From: Octopus sinensis
Taxonomy: Eukaryota
NCBI RefSeq assembly: GCF_006345805.1
Contig: NC_042999.1
Span: 95,914,001-95,978,000 of the forward strand
Reading direction: 5' to 3'
Length of the DNA stretch: 64,000 nucleotides
How positions within the stretch are numbered: the first letter of the stretch is position 1; every line of letters begins with the position of its first letter. The notes beneath the pieces are model-generated. The model saw only the letters and a list, made by a program, of their open reading frames with translations. It was not told where the DNA came from and made no database searches. A program made the position numbers and the translations under genes. Shown here piece by piece: positions 12,315 through 26,639 of the stretch.

Positions 12315-14104
12315 TTCAATAATTAATTAACTGATTATTTCATTAATTAATTCCCTCAAATTCATCTTACTCTAACTAAACATTCTAACTGACTTGAGAT
12401 ACTTGTCCTGCCTTGGTTTTTGTTGTCCTTTTACCTTTAATATATACCTACTAACTTGGAAGCCTACTACAGATGACCAGTTATAGCACTTACATAGCAT
12501 ACCTATTCATTTAGATCACCAGTGAACTCCTCATATTCTATTATATGTATGTATGTGTGTGTACACTCTCATATGGGAAGAGAGAGACAAATGCAGGTAT
12601 ATCAAATTATCAAATATTATACAGTATAAATTTTTTATTTATTAACATTAACTCCACCTTTGCATTGTGTGTCATAATTGCCATATGCCAATTAAAACCA
12701 GCTCCATATGAGAAGGGGAGATAATTTCAAAACAAGTTGACATGCCAATTAGAAAAATGACAGGTCTATTGCCTAGAGATAAAGAGGAGATCCAAGGTCA
12801 CATTTCTCTGTCTCAATAGGTGTCATAAGTACAACAGTCATTCTACTTCATCTTCAACAGGAAAGGGTCACAGACACAAAAAAAAATGTGAAAGCATTTA
12901 TGGCTTAGGTAATTTGTGTAAATTAAACAAAATGTGCTAAGAGAAATAATTCTGAGTGACCAGTGGTATGAATTTGAACAACATAAACAATTACTGGTAT
13001 ATCATACACCATACCAAGTAAATTCCCCATTAATTAAAATTATATCTCTCTTGAGGAGGTGCCATAATTATCAAATGGCAAATGAAACTAGCTCCATAAG
13101 TGTAGGGCAGATAATCTCAACAATCAGGAATCCTCTAAATTTGATATGCTATCAAGGAAAAGAACTCACTTATTGTCTGAAGAATGCAGTAAGCTTCTTT
13201 TACTCAAGTGTGGGAAAGAAAGCGAGGAGCAACTCCTCATAATCCATAAATTTCTAAAGTGACATAGGTTTCCTATAAGTCTCCAGTACTTCCTTAAACT
13301 AAACTTTGATCATTTTTCTCAGCAAATCCTATTTTAAATTATTTCAAACTATTGGCATGCAGACTATATCAAAGATCATTACTTGCTTGACCTAAAGTTT
13401 GGTAGTTCACACTTCAGAAATGTTGTTTTCTGGGCATTTCTACTCAATAGTGCAACTGAAAACAGTGCCATTTATTGATATCTAAAGAAGATCAGAAAAA
13501 TGTTCCACAAAGTGATAGATATAAAAATGTTCTGTAGTCAACTAGTATCTATCATCTCTTATTCAATTGATTTTTGCTTCAATTTCTGACAGACTGCTTT
13601 TGTTCAGTCTTTCCAAATTTTTTCAGCTTTGCATTACGTCTCTCTCAATTTCTCTCAGAGTTGTAAACATATTTCCATACTCATTCACAAAAATACATAC
13701 ATGTGTGCATATGTACAGATAGTCACTCAGTGTGTGTGCATATATAATCCTACATAGTATATGACACATTCACACAGATATTAAAGTAAATATATATGTG
13801 AACATACTGGAGATATTGTTAATGTGTACATATGGCTATGTTAACCTAATAAAACTTTCAATAAAAGCATTTAATGGAATTTTTATATTTCTATAGGATT
13901 AACCCTGATTCTTCTTGGAATTATACAAACATTCATATCTAGAAGTAATTTTTTTTTTAGTGTAATTAAACTTAACTTGATTATGAATTTATTTTCTTCT
14001 AAACTTGATGGTATTCTAGTGAAAAAAAAGAATCAGTTAAATTTCAGATTAGTAAAAGATGTTAAAAATACATGCACACACATACATACACACAAACATC
14101 CTCA

Positions 14105-14570
14105 ATAGATGCCAACACAGCTGTGTGGGTAAGGAGTCTGCTTCCAACCATATGGTTTCAGGTTCAGTTCCACAGTGTAGCACCTTAGGCAAGTGTTTTC
14201 TACTATAGCCCAAGAGTGATCAAAGTCTAATGTGTGGACATGGTAGATAGAAACTGAAAAAAAAGCATGTTATATGTATGTATACATGCATATATGTGTA
14301 TGAATGTGTTTATGCAAGTGAGTTTGTATTCCCCTTCATCTTCATGTGTATTAGCTGATTGTAAACAATGGCCTCACTGTACATTTCCTTGTTCATTTCA
14401 AAATCTTGTTTGGATTGTTTGTTGTTCAGTAGACTGTGAGATTATTACTTCACTTGAAAACAGGTTGGAGGTGACATTATGAAGGGCATCAGGCCATTGA
14501 AAACTCTACACTAATCATCACTTGTCCAAGCATGTAAAAGTAGAAGCTAAAACATTGTTGATGCTACATA
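14105..14570 (+). mobile_element. Old SINE: tRNA-like head (gctgtgtgg..ggttcagttcc), central body, RTE-type tail
   Basis: Head matches the reverse complements at 47700-47825 and 51640-51790. The end gaagggcatcaggcc..ccaagcatg..gttgatg resembles the RTE 3' tail. Confidence 0.7.
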
Positions 14571-17500
14571 CACACATATATTGAATATAAAATGCATTTT
14601 GCAGAGGCTCTATGGAAGTCTATGTGTGTTTCAAACATTATATAAAAAGCACCTTTTAAAATTATTATGCTCTAATATTTATATAATCCACTGTGAAAAA
14701 CAGCATTCTCTGCTGGATTCATTTGTTTTATTGCTTATTGTGATTAACAATTTTTATTTTAAACTGAGACTAATTTCTACATTTCTTTAAGAATGTGTTT
14801 GAAAAAATTTGGCCTTGAGATTTTTTGCATTTCTCCATCATATGATAACCGGAAAATGTATGATTGGGTTTCCCCACCAAAAAACATCTCTATTGTCTTT
14901 TTATGTGACATCAAAATGCTGAAATTCTAGAGTACTATTGGAGGTACTTAATAAAGTAAATGGTAAAACCTGAGGCAAGTAGTATTGGTTTGCATTGGAA
15001 GTTGGTGATTGTAACGAATTCAAAAGTGGAATATATTTGTTTGCTATGAAGAAGCAAGACTGACATTTTGGTTCTGTTTTTCATCAGAGCAATGTTTTCT
15101 GATTCTATCAGATGAAAAGATAAGAAGTAATTGATTGATTTTCCCTTAGCTAGTTTGACTCTAAATTTTGCCAAAGCCAATTTTGTTTTCTACTCTTTCA
15201 GGGTTATTGTTGTTTAACTCCAGGTCAGCCCTGACCAATCAAATCTATAATCAAAATAATTTCAGCCATCTCTTACGCATTGAGTATCCATGACTACCTT
15301 ACCCTGTGTGACGTTACTATTACTGTTCTGTAACTATTATTACTATTGCATCAAGTCTTACAAATTTACATAAGTTTATCTTACAATATACACTTATGTT
15401 GAGAGGCGGTAGATAGAAATAAATAGACAGATAGATAGAAAGGAGAGAAAGAGTGAAAGACATTTGAGAAATGTTCACTGCACATGTATGTGCAACAATT
15501 TTGCCAGCTCTGATATTTGAAACCAAGGATGTGAATATTGACAAAATATAGTTACTTATAATCTAAATTTATCAATTCTGTTTCCATGCATTATTGACAA
15601 TAACGATTTCTGAATGTGTATAAACCACAACTAATCTAATGTTTTCGTTATTACGTATATTATCTTACATGTTATTACTTTGGTATTCAGGCTTTCCTAT
15701 TGTTGAAAATTTTTTTTTATTAACTTCAGTTGTTATTTATAGATACTTGATCCTTTTATGACTTTGAAGAGAAAAACTCATTTCTTAGTTCAATCATTCA
15801 GATAACTACATATTCTTAGATTTCTAATCTCCTAACTGGAACCTTATTGGCAGTTTCTTTACAGTGTTCGTTTCTGAGAATTAGATAAATACTTAGGGAT
15901 TAGGAGAGTTTTATTTCTGGTCATGTTCGCATTCTGTCAAAAATCTGGGTTGATGCAGAATATAAAAAAAAGATAACATAATTCAGAAAAATATGATGGT
16001 TAAAGGAAAAAGCTGAGAAAATCTTTCACAAACCTGAAATGGCAAGAAGTTCAGATTTAAAAGAGCAAATGTTCATTGTAAGAACTGCCCCATTATCAAA
16101 AATCAAGTACAACCTAATTTTTTATAAATGAATACTTAAGAACAAATGAGAATAAGAGTCAGTAGTTCCAGCCATAATTCAGTATTGGTTATAGAACTAT
16201 GAAATAGTACAAAATGTATTGTTTTTCTATTTTGCATTTAATGCTAACTGTATTAAAATATTTTCTATAATAGAAAAAATATATTAAATTGTAAAACAAA
16301 ACAAAAATAAGAAACAAATAGTAGTTGATAAAATGTTAGCTGTGAATTTTTGTTTTATATCTTACATTTTTTTCAGTAAATGAATTTTTTCTGTTCATGT
16401 TTTTTTTTTTCATTTGAATTATATCTTTGACCTAATTTTCTTATCTTCTTTGTGCTTGATTTTAATTTTTTAAATATTCAAACATTGCCAAATGTTGAAA
16501 ATCTTTTTGGAAGAGAAATTTTGCCAGGCTTAATAGATTCTGTTATTTTTTTAATTATAAATTTGTTTTATTCTTTGGAATGTATTATAATCAATCAGAT
16601 CAATTTGTCATTAAAAGGCTAATTTCATCACTTCACTACTTTTGTTGCAACAAATTAGTCTCTGCTATATCGTCTTTTTATGGAAAGTTCATAAAAAATT
16701 CCTAATCTGGCCTAAATTTTATCTATGACAATATCTTTAATCAGTCCTGTTAAAATTTTCTATTAGAATTAAAGCTCTTGTTCAATGTAAAGCTAGAATA
16801 ATAATAAAATATATATTCACTCATATCATCATCATCATCATCAACAACAACATTATCATCTGTGATGTATATATTGATTTACATGGCCCTTTATAGATTA
16901 GATATGTTGAGAAAATGATCTCTCTTAAATCAATTGTTGCATATGCTATTAAGAGTTTTGCTGTCAAATATACAGTGGATTTAGTTAAGGTCATGTTCCC
17001 TAATAGCAATGCTGCCATAATTAATAAATAGTTTCTTGCATGGTAGTGGAAATAGTTTATGGCATATATCTGTATATGTTAATGAGCAGTGAAAACAAAA
17101 TTTTTTTACTGGTTCAGATTGATTTGCATCTGCTAGAAAGTTCTGGCTAAACAGATTTAACTGATAGACATGTTGATGCTACTAATCTATATGCATTGTA
17201 ATAATCACTGTTTGAAATATATTAGTCATCATATAAGACATCTAAAGTTTTTTTAACATGTATAAATATTAATAAAACAATAATAGTAATAAATTAATTT
17301 ACAATTTATTTATTTTATAAAGTAGTTTTAGTGTTTGAACTTCAGTTATATAGAGCATGCATTCTAGACAATTTCACATCTCACCTTGTCATTTATAAAT
17401 TATCAAATTTGCCCAAATTGTAAAAAAATGTTGGTATTTATATATATCACAACAAACCTTTTAAAAGACTTGTATGACCCTTGTTACATTCAGTTGAAGA

Positions 17501-17769
17501 AAATTCAAATATGCTTTTTGATTGCTATTGGCATCAGCCATGGTTTACTTGACTGGTGAAACCTCTTTTTGCAAATACTGATAACATTTTAATTGTGAAG
17601 ACAAAATGTTCAGTAGTCTACCAATAGGACACCACCAACAGCAAGCAATAAATCATTAATCATCATCTTACTGTTCTCAGACTTGACTTTGCTTAGGAGA
17701 TGACTACTGAAGCAAAATTGAATATCCATGCTGCCTTTCAGGCAGTAAATCACCTTTCCCCCACCTCCC

Positions 17770-17804
<35 letters not shown>

Positions 17805-18200
17805 CACGCACCAACACTCACACACACAGGGAAATTCTTGAATTAGTGATCAAGGAGACCTGCATTTCAAAGATGCCCCTGTAAGGATTATTTTGACAAC
17901 TGTAGAGCAATTAGTAATATTTTGTAGGTTTATCATTTGAGCAAAGAATCTCTGCTTTCACTAATTCAATAGGTCTTTAGAAACAAAAGCTACTGAATTT
18001 GCAAACACAATCATTTCAGAACATTTCTTTTGTGATACAAATGTTTGGAATCAATTCGATTCATAACAGTTACAATAATTTCTTCATGAAATATGAAATG
18101 AAAGGCTTAGTGCTAGAATTGTCAATTAAACAACATCACTGCATGCTAAATGACAACATGCACAAATAATTTTGTTTCATAATCATATAACAGTTTATAA

Positions 18201-18236
<36 letters not shown>

Positions 18237-18529
18237 CATTAAAAAATATACTAAAATTTTAAAAAATTATACAAAGATATATAAACTTACAAGCAGAAAA
18301 TAGATTCCTAATTAAATCAATAATAATAAATTATGCTAAATTATAAAAATGAATTGATAACTAAATGAAAACTGCTATCTATGAAAGATACATTTCCAAT
18401 TATCTCTTTAAACATTTTCAAACACTTGAGTACAAATATGCAAATGTATATCTAGACATAAAAACTCTGTATACCTTTACACATGTATGCACATCCATGC
18501 ATTTATGTATGAACAGATATGTATACGCA

Positions 18530-18730
18530 TATCATCATCATTATCATTTAGCATTTATTTTCTATGCTGGCATAGGTTGGACTGTTTGAAAAGAGTTGGC
18601 AAGCCAGAGGATTGTGCTAAACTCTACTGTTAGCTTAGGCATGGTTCCTATGGCTGGATGCCTTTCCTAATGCTAACCATTTTAGAGTGGGAGATTTTTA
18701 CATGGCACCAGCATGGCGAGGTCACTAAAT
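18530..18730 (-). mobile_element. RTE-type 3' tail fragment
   Basis: (cat)n-ttagc..atgctggcataggttggac..ggctggatgcctttcctaatgctaacc, matching the tail of the RTE at 48858. Confidence 0.8.
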
Positions 18731-20029
18731 AACTTCCAAAAACCCCTCACCTAAAAAGGGGAAAGACATTGAGAGTGGTGTTTTGTGCCAGATAATGGCT
18801 ATGGTAGAGGGACAGAAATAAGTATTGTGTTGAGGAGGAGATACAGGATTACCCACATTGGAAAGAGAGAGAGAAAATGGTAGTGGAGATATGCCAGGGA
18901 ATCCTCAAAGTACAAGGAGGTGAATGTAATGTAAATGAAGTGTTACAGAGAGCTAGACAGGGTGAGTGAACAAAGAGTTCACAAAAGAGAGGGAAGGAGA
19001 AGGGATGCAGTGAATGGTGAACACAGGTGAATAAGGGAGTGGCAGGATGGCAATGATACAGTTGCCAGTGGGTGGGCATTGAGCTGCTGAAACAGAGAGC
19101 AAAAGACTACCATAGTGCATGATAAGATGTAGTTTGCTTCATTTGGGGGCTGGGTGATTACTCTTATGCCTACCTTTTCTCATAAACATTCATATGTACA
19201 TACATTTATAAATACGTCTCCATATATGTTTAGATATAACTCAGTACAACTTTTATAACTATATACAAAACATATATGTATACCTTAACACATAAATCTA
19301 TGTGCATTTATACACATGTATTCACATACATATGTCTATGCTCATATTCTTACATATATATACTCATATATCCATTTACATACCTCATATACTTTCATGC
19401 ACACACATACACGCACGCACACACACACACACACATACATTATTGAATTAGTGAAAATAGAAATTCTTTGCTTAAACAACAAATATATTTATACATGTGT
19501 ATGTGTGTATGTATATGTAACTTTATAAATTTATATATATGTGTGGGGGGGGGGGTATGGATGTGTCCAAGTGTTTGTTGTGCATATATATATATATATA
19601 AAGAGAGAGAGAACACATTTTAGGTTTAATAAAAGTATAAAATATATTTTATATTTAATTCAAAGTGTAGAGTAATATATTTGTATATAAACTAATACAA
19701 ATTACAAATATTTTCATTAAGGTTACAAATAATTTCTTGTCTTAAATTCATTCATCATATTCTGTTGTTTATTCATTTCTGCCAAATTCTGAAATGATAA
19801 ACTGTTTCACTTCTGTTAAGATAAATAAGTCTTAGATGGCAGAAATGAGTTATTTTTCCCTTAATGAGGGAATGGAATAAATACATGGAAAATAAGAAAA
19901 GGGTGAGGGGTGCATAAAGTAATGGAAGAAAGAATACAAAAAAGAACAGAAGTGAAAATAAAGTAACTGCAAAGCATGAATATGTTAACATATGGATATG
20001 AAATTTTATGTCCTTTCACTATATATTGA

Positions 20030-20235
20030 TTTCAAATTTTGGCACATGGCCAGCAAGCTCAAGGAAGGGGTAAGTCAATTGCATCAACCCCAGTGATTCA
20101 ACAGGTACTTATTTTATCAACTCCAGAAAGAAGAAAGGCTGAGCCAATGATGGCAGAATTTGAACCCAAAACATAAAGGATGAAATGATGCTAAGTATTT
20201 TGCCTGGTATGCTAACAATTCTGGCAGCTCGCCAC
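20030..20235 (-). mobile_element. SINE of the 32312 family
   Basis: ggcacatggccagcaa..caaccccagtg..ggtactt..ggcagaatttgaaccc..ctggcagctcgcc. Confidence 0.75.
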
Positions 20236-21644
20236 TATATATTATTATATATTAAGAGAGGATTATGGTTGCAGAATCACTGTTGAATTTTCCTTCAGTC
20301 ATGTTTATGTATTCTTTATGTATTCATGCTTCTTTAGTATTCATGCTTCTGCGTGAGCTTTTAGCTTCAATACTATACTACACACACACGTACAGAGAGA
20401 AACCAACTGACAGACAGAGACACATACACACAAGTACACACACTGTATACAAACATACTGTTTTATGCACTTACTGGAATTTGCTGTTTATGCTATGGCA
20501 TTAGCATGTTTTCTGCCAGCCACTGTTTTAAGTTCTTTAGATCTTTGATATTCTTTGAAATGTTTCTATGCAAAATATAATCTTTGTTTATTTTCAAAGA
20601 ATCTCAAATTAACAATGAGTAATGAGAATGAAGCAGTGCAAAGGACATAACAGTATTCAAACTATAGCCTGTAAGATGACAAGGTCAAAATTTATCAAAT
20701 GTCAAGGAAAAGAAGTTAATTTGTGAAAAACTTAATGCTGGAAATTACCAAAATCAAAATAAAATGAAAACAATGAAATAATGGGTTGTTTAAAACTAAC
20801 TGAGCCATTACTAATCACATGAGACTTCATCATTAGCGACAAAGAAACCACCACATAAAGCATTTCAATTATTAATGAACATTAGGGACTGGCATAATCA
20901 AAGTGTCTAATTTGAGATGATTCATTATTTGCTTGATTTCATTTATAGCTTTGATAATTTTTAAAGTTTCTGTTAAATCAATTTACCATTGCATTTGTGC
21001 ATTGTTTTGTTTATCAAAAGAAACACATGATTATCTCCACTGTTTGATCAGTCGTAGTCTGTCTTCACTTTGGCTGAGATTTTGATGGTGTCATACATCT
21101 TGGGTTAAATTATTCAAGATTGCCTCATTGAAAGCTTTTGGTTTCTTTTTAGTCCGGATAGCTTTTTTAAAGAATGTTATATAATTCTCTATTTCTCTCA
21201 TTTATGCTTAATTGTTCATTACTTACATCTATGGCATCTTGTTTAGAAATTAAAAATTTTAGTAGTTGTCATAAATTATCTAACATTCCACTTGTCTTAA
21301 CATGCTTTTTGTGAAAAGCAGCATCTTGGTACCATTTAAATCTATGATAAATTATTTGTCTAGTTTTTAATTAATTTAGTTGCCTGTTATAATTACTTTT
21401 TAGGGTGATTTTATTCAGGTGAATTTTAATATAAATGAAATGATTTTGCTATTTTTCTTTGTGACTGTGAAGTCATATGTTCTGGTATGCAGTGTCAAAT
21501 ACAAAATATTTAAATATCTAATTTTAAGTAACTATCTCACTTTTTGGGGAAATTTTCTGTAACATATAAAATAAATCAGCATTGTGCACAGAAGCTAAAT
21601 GACCTTCTGCTGTTCAGCTCTCTTGAGAGTTTCCTTACCACTAT

Positions 21645-21890
21645 ATAGTTCAATGGTTAGGGTGCTGCACTCACAATTGTGAGATCATGGGTTCGATTCC
21701 AAGACCGGAAATTGCATTGTGTTCATCATGACATGTGGCACATGTACAGGTAATGTCCATTTGATGAAGGGAGTGAGCTTATGTGTACACAAACATTTGA
21801 TCACTATAAACAAATCATCTGTGTGGTTGTTCAGTAAGAAATTGTCAAACCCTCATGTGTTGTCTAATGACAGGAGAGTCCATCATACAT
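21645..21890 (+). mobile_element. tRNA-headed SINE (distinct body)
   Basis: A-box-like tagttcaatggttagg and B-box gggttcgattcc, followed by a non-tRNA body. Confidence 0.7.
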
Positions 21891-22087
21891 ATATGGAGAG
21901 AGAGAGAGAGAGAGAGATCAAAGTACACGTGAGGATATAAACCTTGGAGGGATAAAAATATTCATGATTAAACTGGTTGAATACCTAACAATATAGGCAC
22001 ATACATATATGTTATTAATATTATAAAAACCAAGAGAGAAGACAGAGATAAGATTAATAAAAGTTTGTTAATACATTGACAAGACTT

Positions 22088-22113
22088 GACCTACAATTGT
22101 TTCAATTCATCAG
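22088..22113 (-). ncRNA. Hammerhead-core-like motif lacking stem II
   Basis: Minus strand CUGAUGA-AUU-GAAA-CAAUUG-UA-GGUC: core, palindromic stem III ACAAUUGU and GUA triplet. Stem II absent and stem I not paired. Confidence 0.4.
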
Positions 22114-22148
22114 TTGCAGCATTAAATCAATGAAATTCAAATTAATTT

Positions 22149-22605
22149 AATTAAAACAATTTGGTTAATTACTACAAGTAAGAATATCTTCAGGAAATGA
22201 CGTAAAAAAAATTTATCATAATTAAAACATAATGAAGACATTAAAAAGGAAGAATACTGTGTACCATTAAAGTTTAAAATATATACACAAATAAAAAAAG
22301 ACACAGTTATAAAAAAATACTTATAGTCATATATCAATATAAATAGCAATCATGATAATGCAGACATACCAATTCATATTTTTGCATGGATATGTCTGCA
22401 TTATCATTATTGCTATTTATATTAATTTATAACTATAACTATTTTTTTATAACTGTTTTTATTAATGTATATATTTTTAACTTTAATGGTACTCTGTAAT
22501 CTTCCTTTTTAATGTTTTCATTATGTTTTAATTATGATAAATTTCTTTGTACGCCCTTCCCTGAAGATATTCTCACTTGTAGTAATTAACTAGATTGATT
22601 TAGTT
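22149..22605. repeat. ~460-bp AT-rich palindrome (fold-back element)
   Basis: Arms align end to end, e.g. ttaattactacaagtaagaatatcttcagg vs cctgaagatattctcacttgtagtaattaa, and aatgcagacata vs tatgtctgcatt. Loop ~22371-22387. Confidence 0.93.
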
Positions 22606-22618
22606 ATATTTTATATAC

Positions 22619-22649
<31 letters not shown>

Positions 22650-22659
22650 CACACACATG

Positions 22660-22719
<60 letters not shown>

Positions 22720-23424
22720 ATATAAAAAATATATATATATATATATATGTACACACACACACACACACAATCTTGCATAAATATATGCTGTTATTGGAGT
22801 AGAATTCCAGGATTTAAAGACCTTGGAACAGGAAATATAAACCTATAGTTGTGATTATGGTTGTAGTGATAAAACTCTTTACTATTCCTTCTATTTAAAT
22901 CGCTCTAACATTTCTTTCTGTGTACGTACCTTCTCCTTCACCCATCCCTCTCCTCTCCCCTCCCTTACACTCTCTTACTCAGTCATTTCTATGACTTTCT
23001 TTTAGTAGAGTTGTAGATGATTTAGACAAGGAACTTCAACATGCATGTAATTCCTTATATTGATTTTCTTGTTAGGAATAAGGACAGTATTGAGAACGTT
23101 CCCCTCATATTTCTTTCTATCCTATTTATCTTTCTTTTACTCTTGTCTGTCTTTGAAATACTTGTATTACTATTGCTGATGATACTTCTATTTCTGCTAC
23201 AGTTTCATATGTTTCTTCTTCCTCCTTTTCAATATACTGACATTTGTACTCTTTCTCTCCTCTGTCATGAACATTTGCTTTATTACTATAACATAGTGTA
23301 GGTTTATTTGATTTTCGCATCACTGACATAAACAGACACAAACCATTAATTGCCTCTGACTTTTCATAAAATTTCTACTAAAATTTTGTAAAAATTATGC
23401 TTCCCTGCTATATTTGAATATATA

Positions 23425-23585
23425 TATACAGGCATGAATGTGTGGTTAATAAATTTGCTTCCTTACCACATGGTTTTTAGTTACCACATGCACCTTGCAT
23501 GTCCTCTACTATTGTGTGTCTTCTACTCTGGAATAACCAAAGCTTTGTGAATAGATTTTGTTGGCAGAAACAGAAAGAAGCCCTT
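23425..23585 (+). mobile_element. Degraded SINE head/core
   Basis: aggcatgaatgtgtggttaat..ccacatgg..ttggcagaaacagaaagaagccc, same family as 14105. Confidence 0.6.
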
Positions 23586-23589
23586 AGTA

Positions 23590-23780
23590 TAGGGGTTTCC
23601 AGAGTGGTCAATATCAACCCCTGAGTGTCGATGGGACTATTCAAGGGCTCGATAAATGCCTGGAACTGTACATCTACTTAATTATTTATTTATTTATTTT
23701 CTTATACATGCCTGGGGGTTGATGAGAGGTCAAGGATTCCATGAAGGGGTTGATGCTTTAAAACGTTTGCAGACCCTCCC
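23590..23780. mobile_element. Probable small MITE with degraded TIRs
   Basis: ggggtttccaga..atcaacccct at the left; aggggttgat..tttgcagaccctc at the right. Confidence 0.4.
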
Positions 23781-24220
23781 CTGCCTTAGTATGTGTGTGC
23801 ACACATGCATGCATGTGTGTGCATTTGTGCTTTGTTTACATTTGCACTTCTCCCCAGGGCAGTGACATTGGTATAATTTTCCCTGTCAACAGGTCATTCA
23901 CTGGCACATCAAAGGCATGTAAAATAAGATATAACTTACTTGAAATATAGTTAAGGGGATCCAGTTGTGAAATAATGGCTTAATCATATATCCGTACAAC
24001 CCATATTAATGTGAAAACATGGACATAAAACAAAGATATGTATGTATGCATGCATGTACATACATACATATAATATATATATATATATTTATATATATCT
24101 TAGAAGAATTAAAAATACTTTTGCATGGCTTTATAAACACTCATTTCTTTCTCTCCTCTCTCTCTTTCTTTCTCTCTCTCTATCTCTCTCTCTCTCTGTA
24201 TATATATATATATATATACA

Positions 24221-24258
<38 letters not shown>

Positions 24259-26639
24259 GAATGAGTGGACAAATGAAAGAAAAGGGGGTACTCAAAGCAT
24301 TAGTAAGATATACATGTTTTATATAGACACACATATGTGTGTGTATCTATGTATGTATTTTTGCTTATGAAGAACAAATTGGCAATTAGATTTTCGGTAG
24401 AAATGGTAAGGAATTATATGTACTTACATACAAATGAAAATATATTCTAAGAATATATGAGTACATATACAGAAGAATGTTCCTGTTATTATATCTTGTA
24501 AGAAACCTTAGAGACCTAAAGAGACATATACAAGTTTATGAAGTACTGTTAGAAGTTTACAAGGAATCTTATTGATGTTAAAACAACTCCAGAGATCATG
24601 CAAAAAAGATTTTAGATGTTTACAAGGCCTTGTAAAGGAAACTAGCAAATATTTTTATGTTCATGATTGTGGTTATAAGCAGGAGTATTCAAATTTTGCA
24701 GTGTGGAAGATACATATTTGCCATTTGAAACACAAAAACTGCAATGGAATCATGTTAGTTACTAGGTTGCAAATGGTGCGTCAAAAGTTTTGACACCAAA
24801 TAAAGTAAAGTTAAGTGTCTTTGTGTGTTTTTGAATTGCTATTATTTGTCTTCCACACTGTAGTTGTTTTAGTTTTAACTCACCATCTTGGATCAAATTG
24901 CTTTCCTGGTAAGTACATCTCTGAAATTCAAATTTTGGTCTATCCTCTTAAACAAATCATTTACCTATTGCCTCAATTGCTCGAAGTTTAAATAAGTTCA
25001 AAATTTCATGGTTTGTAACTCCTCAAATATTCTAATTTATTGATCTATCTGAAAATTTGTATTGTAAAATGAAAGAAAAATAGAGAAAAACATGAAGGAA
25101 ACCAGATGGACTAGAAGAGGGATAATATTACAAACTTTGTTAACCAGCAAACCCAAATAAATGATCATTAAACTCTGTGTGAAGGCATTAATGTAAGTTT
25201 ACATGATAGAGGAGGAATGCCCCTAAATCAGTTCAGTCATAAGGAAGAAGAAAAAATTTAAAAGGTTGTAACAAAAATAGTAGATTCTATGAAATGGAAG
25301 TTAGTAGCTTCTTTTTTTTTTTTTTTTTGACAAAGTTTTACTGTGTAAACATTAAAGGTATTCAAATACATAAAACTTGACCTAAGTTAAACAAGTTCTA
25401 GTGCAGAGTATCATAAAATAATTGTGAAATGCTTCAATAATGTATCTAGCATACCTACCTGTTTAAGTTCTGAAAAACTACAGGAAAGTCTCTATTTCAC
25501 AATGCTCTCATGGATCTGCAATGGTATTCACCAAATATTTTGTCCATGACAGCATCTGCAAATCATGGATAAACCCATGACCTTATGAGTTAATATTGAA
25601 AATTTGACAATATCATACATCACAATATAAAAAGAAAACTAGGTGTTAATGACATGCTAGTTGAGAATTATTATATGTAAAAGGAAAAGAAACACAAGAA
25701 CATCTCTGTGAAATTACTTCCTCTATCAGAAACAGCAGCTCAATCTTTCTTAAATTACACTTTGTTGTTAAAGACAGGAGCAAATTGACTAATCTGTTCC
25801 TGGGTACCCTATGTTCAAGAAGCAGATAGGATGACCATTGCTAGAATGTCTTTGATCATAGGTTTAATTGACAATGGTTGGTCTGCAATAACAGTACTAT
25901 GTATACTGTTATTACAGTATATTGTTAGTGAGCTATGGATTCAGTGGATAAGTCTTTACATATAATTCCACTCATTATCATATACATAATGCATACTAAA
26001 TTTCTTCTCTTGTATTCAATGAATAAAATCTTTTAGTGTGTATACTCAGTGAATATAAATATTTCCTTTGTGGGGAAATAGCCAAGGGGATCCCAGGTTA
26101 ACACTATTCTCTATATTTATTTCTTTTCCAAAGTGAATTGGAGCTAGTCAAACACAATCTCAAATAGTAATAGCTGTGTTAAAATGTCTGAAAGCCAGTA
26201 ATACCTACATAGTTTTTCTTTTCCTTTCATTATTCTACTTCCTTCCTCCTGTTTTTCCCACTTCTGTTCTTTACTTTCTCTTCCTGCATCCTCAGTCACA
26301 TAACTTCCTGTTTTACTTCTTTGAAATTAAACCATTTAATCCACTATTTCTTTCCCCTTCTTCATTATCATATTAATTCTTGTACATTATCTAGCTTCAT
26401 TTCCGATACTCAATATATTTTGCAGCTTCAGTCTTTCTGATAACTATCTTCTATCTTTCTTCCTATATCTCCTACCTAAATGCTTGTCTCATTCTCTAAT
26501 TATTCTCTACTTTCTATTTTCTCCCATGTAAGTGCATATGTATGCATATGTGTGTGTGTGTGGTGTATGTGTGTGTGGTGTGTGTGTGGAAGTCATTGTT
26601 TATTCATCTATGGTACACTACATATTTTCATTTAATATA

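Larger units (their letters stand above)
11741..12440. repeat. ~700-bp imperfect palindrome (fold-back)
   Basis: Left end ttagagggaaaaggacaacaaaagccaaggca mirrors right end tgccttggtttttgttgtccttttacctttaa. Arms align throughout. Centre is a perfect 19-bp stem (12080-12098/12106-12124) with a 7-nt loop. Confidence 0.95.

Noticed and set aside
12660-13130. Three gtg(t/c)cataa-initiated similar segments and the 102-aa ORF 12934-13242
   Set aside because: Similarity is short, spacing is irregular and no family is recognised; too weak to call.
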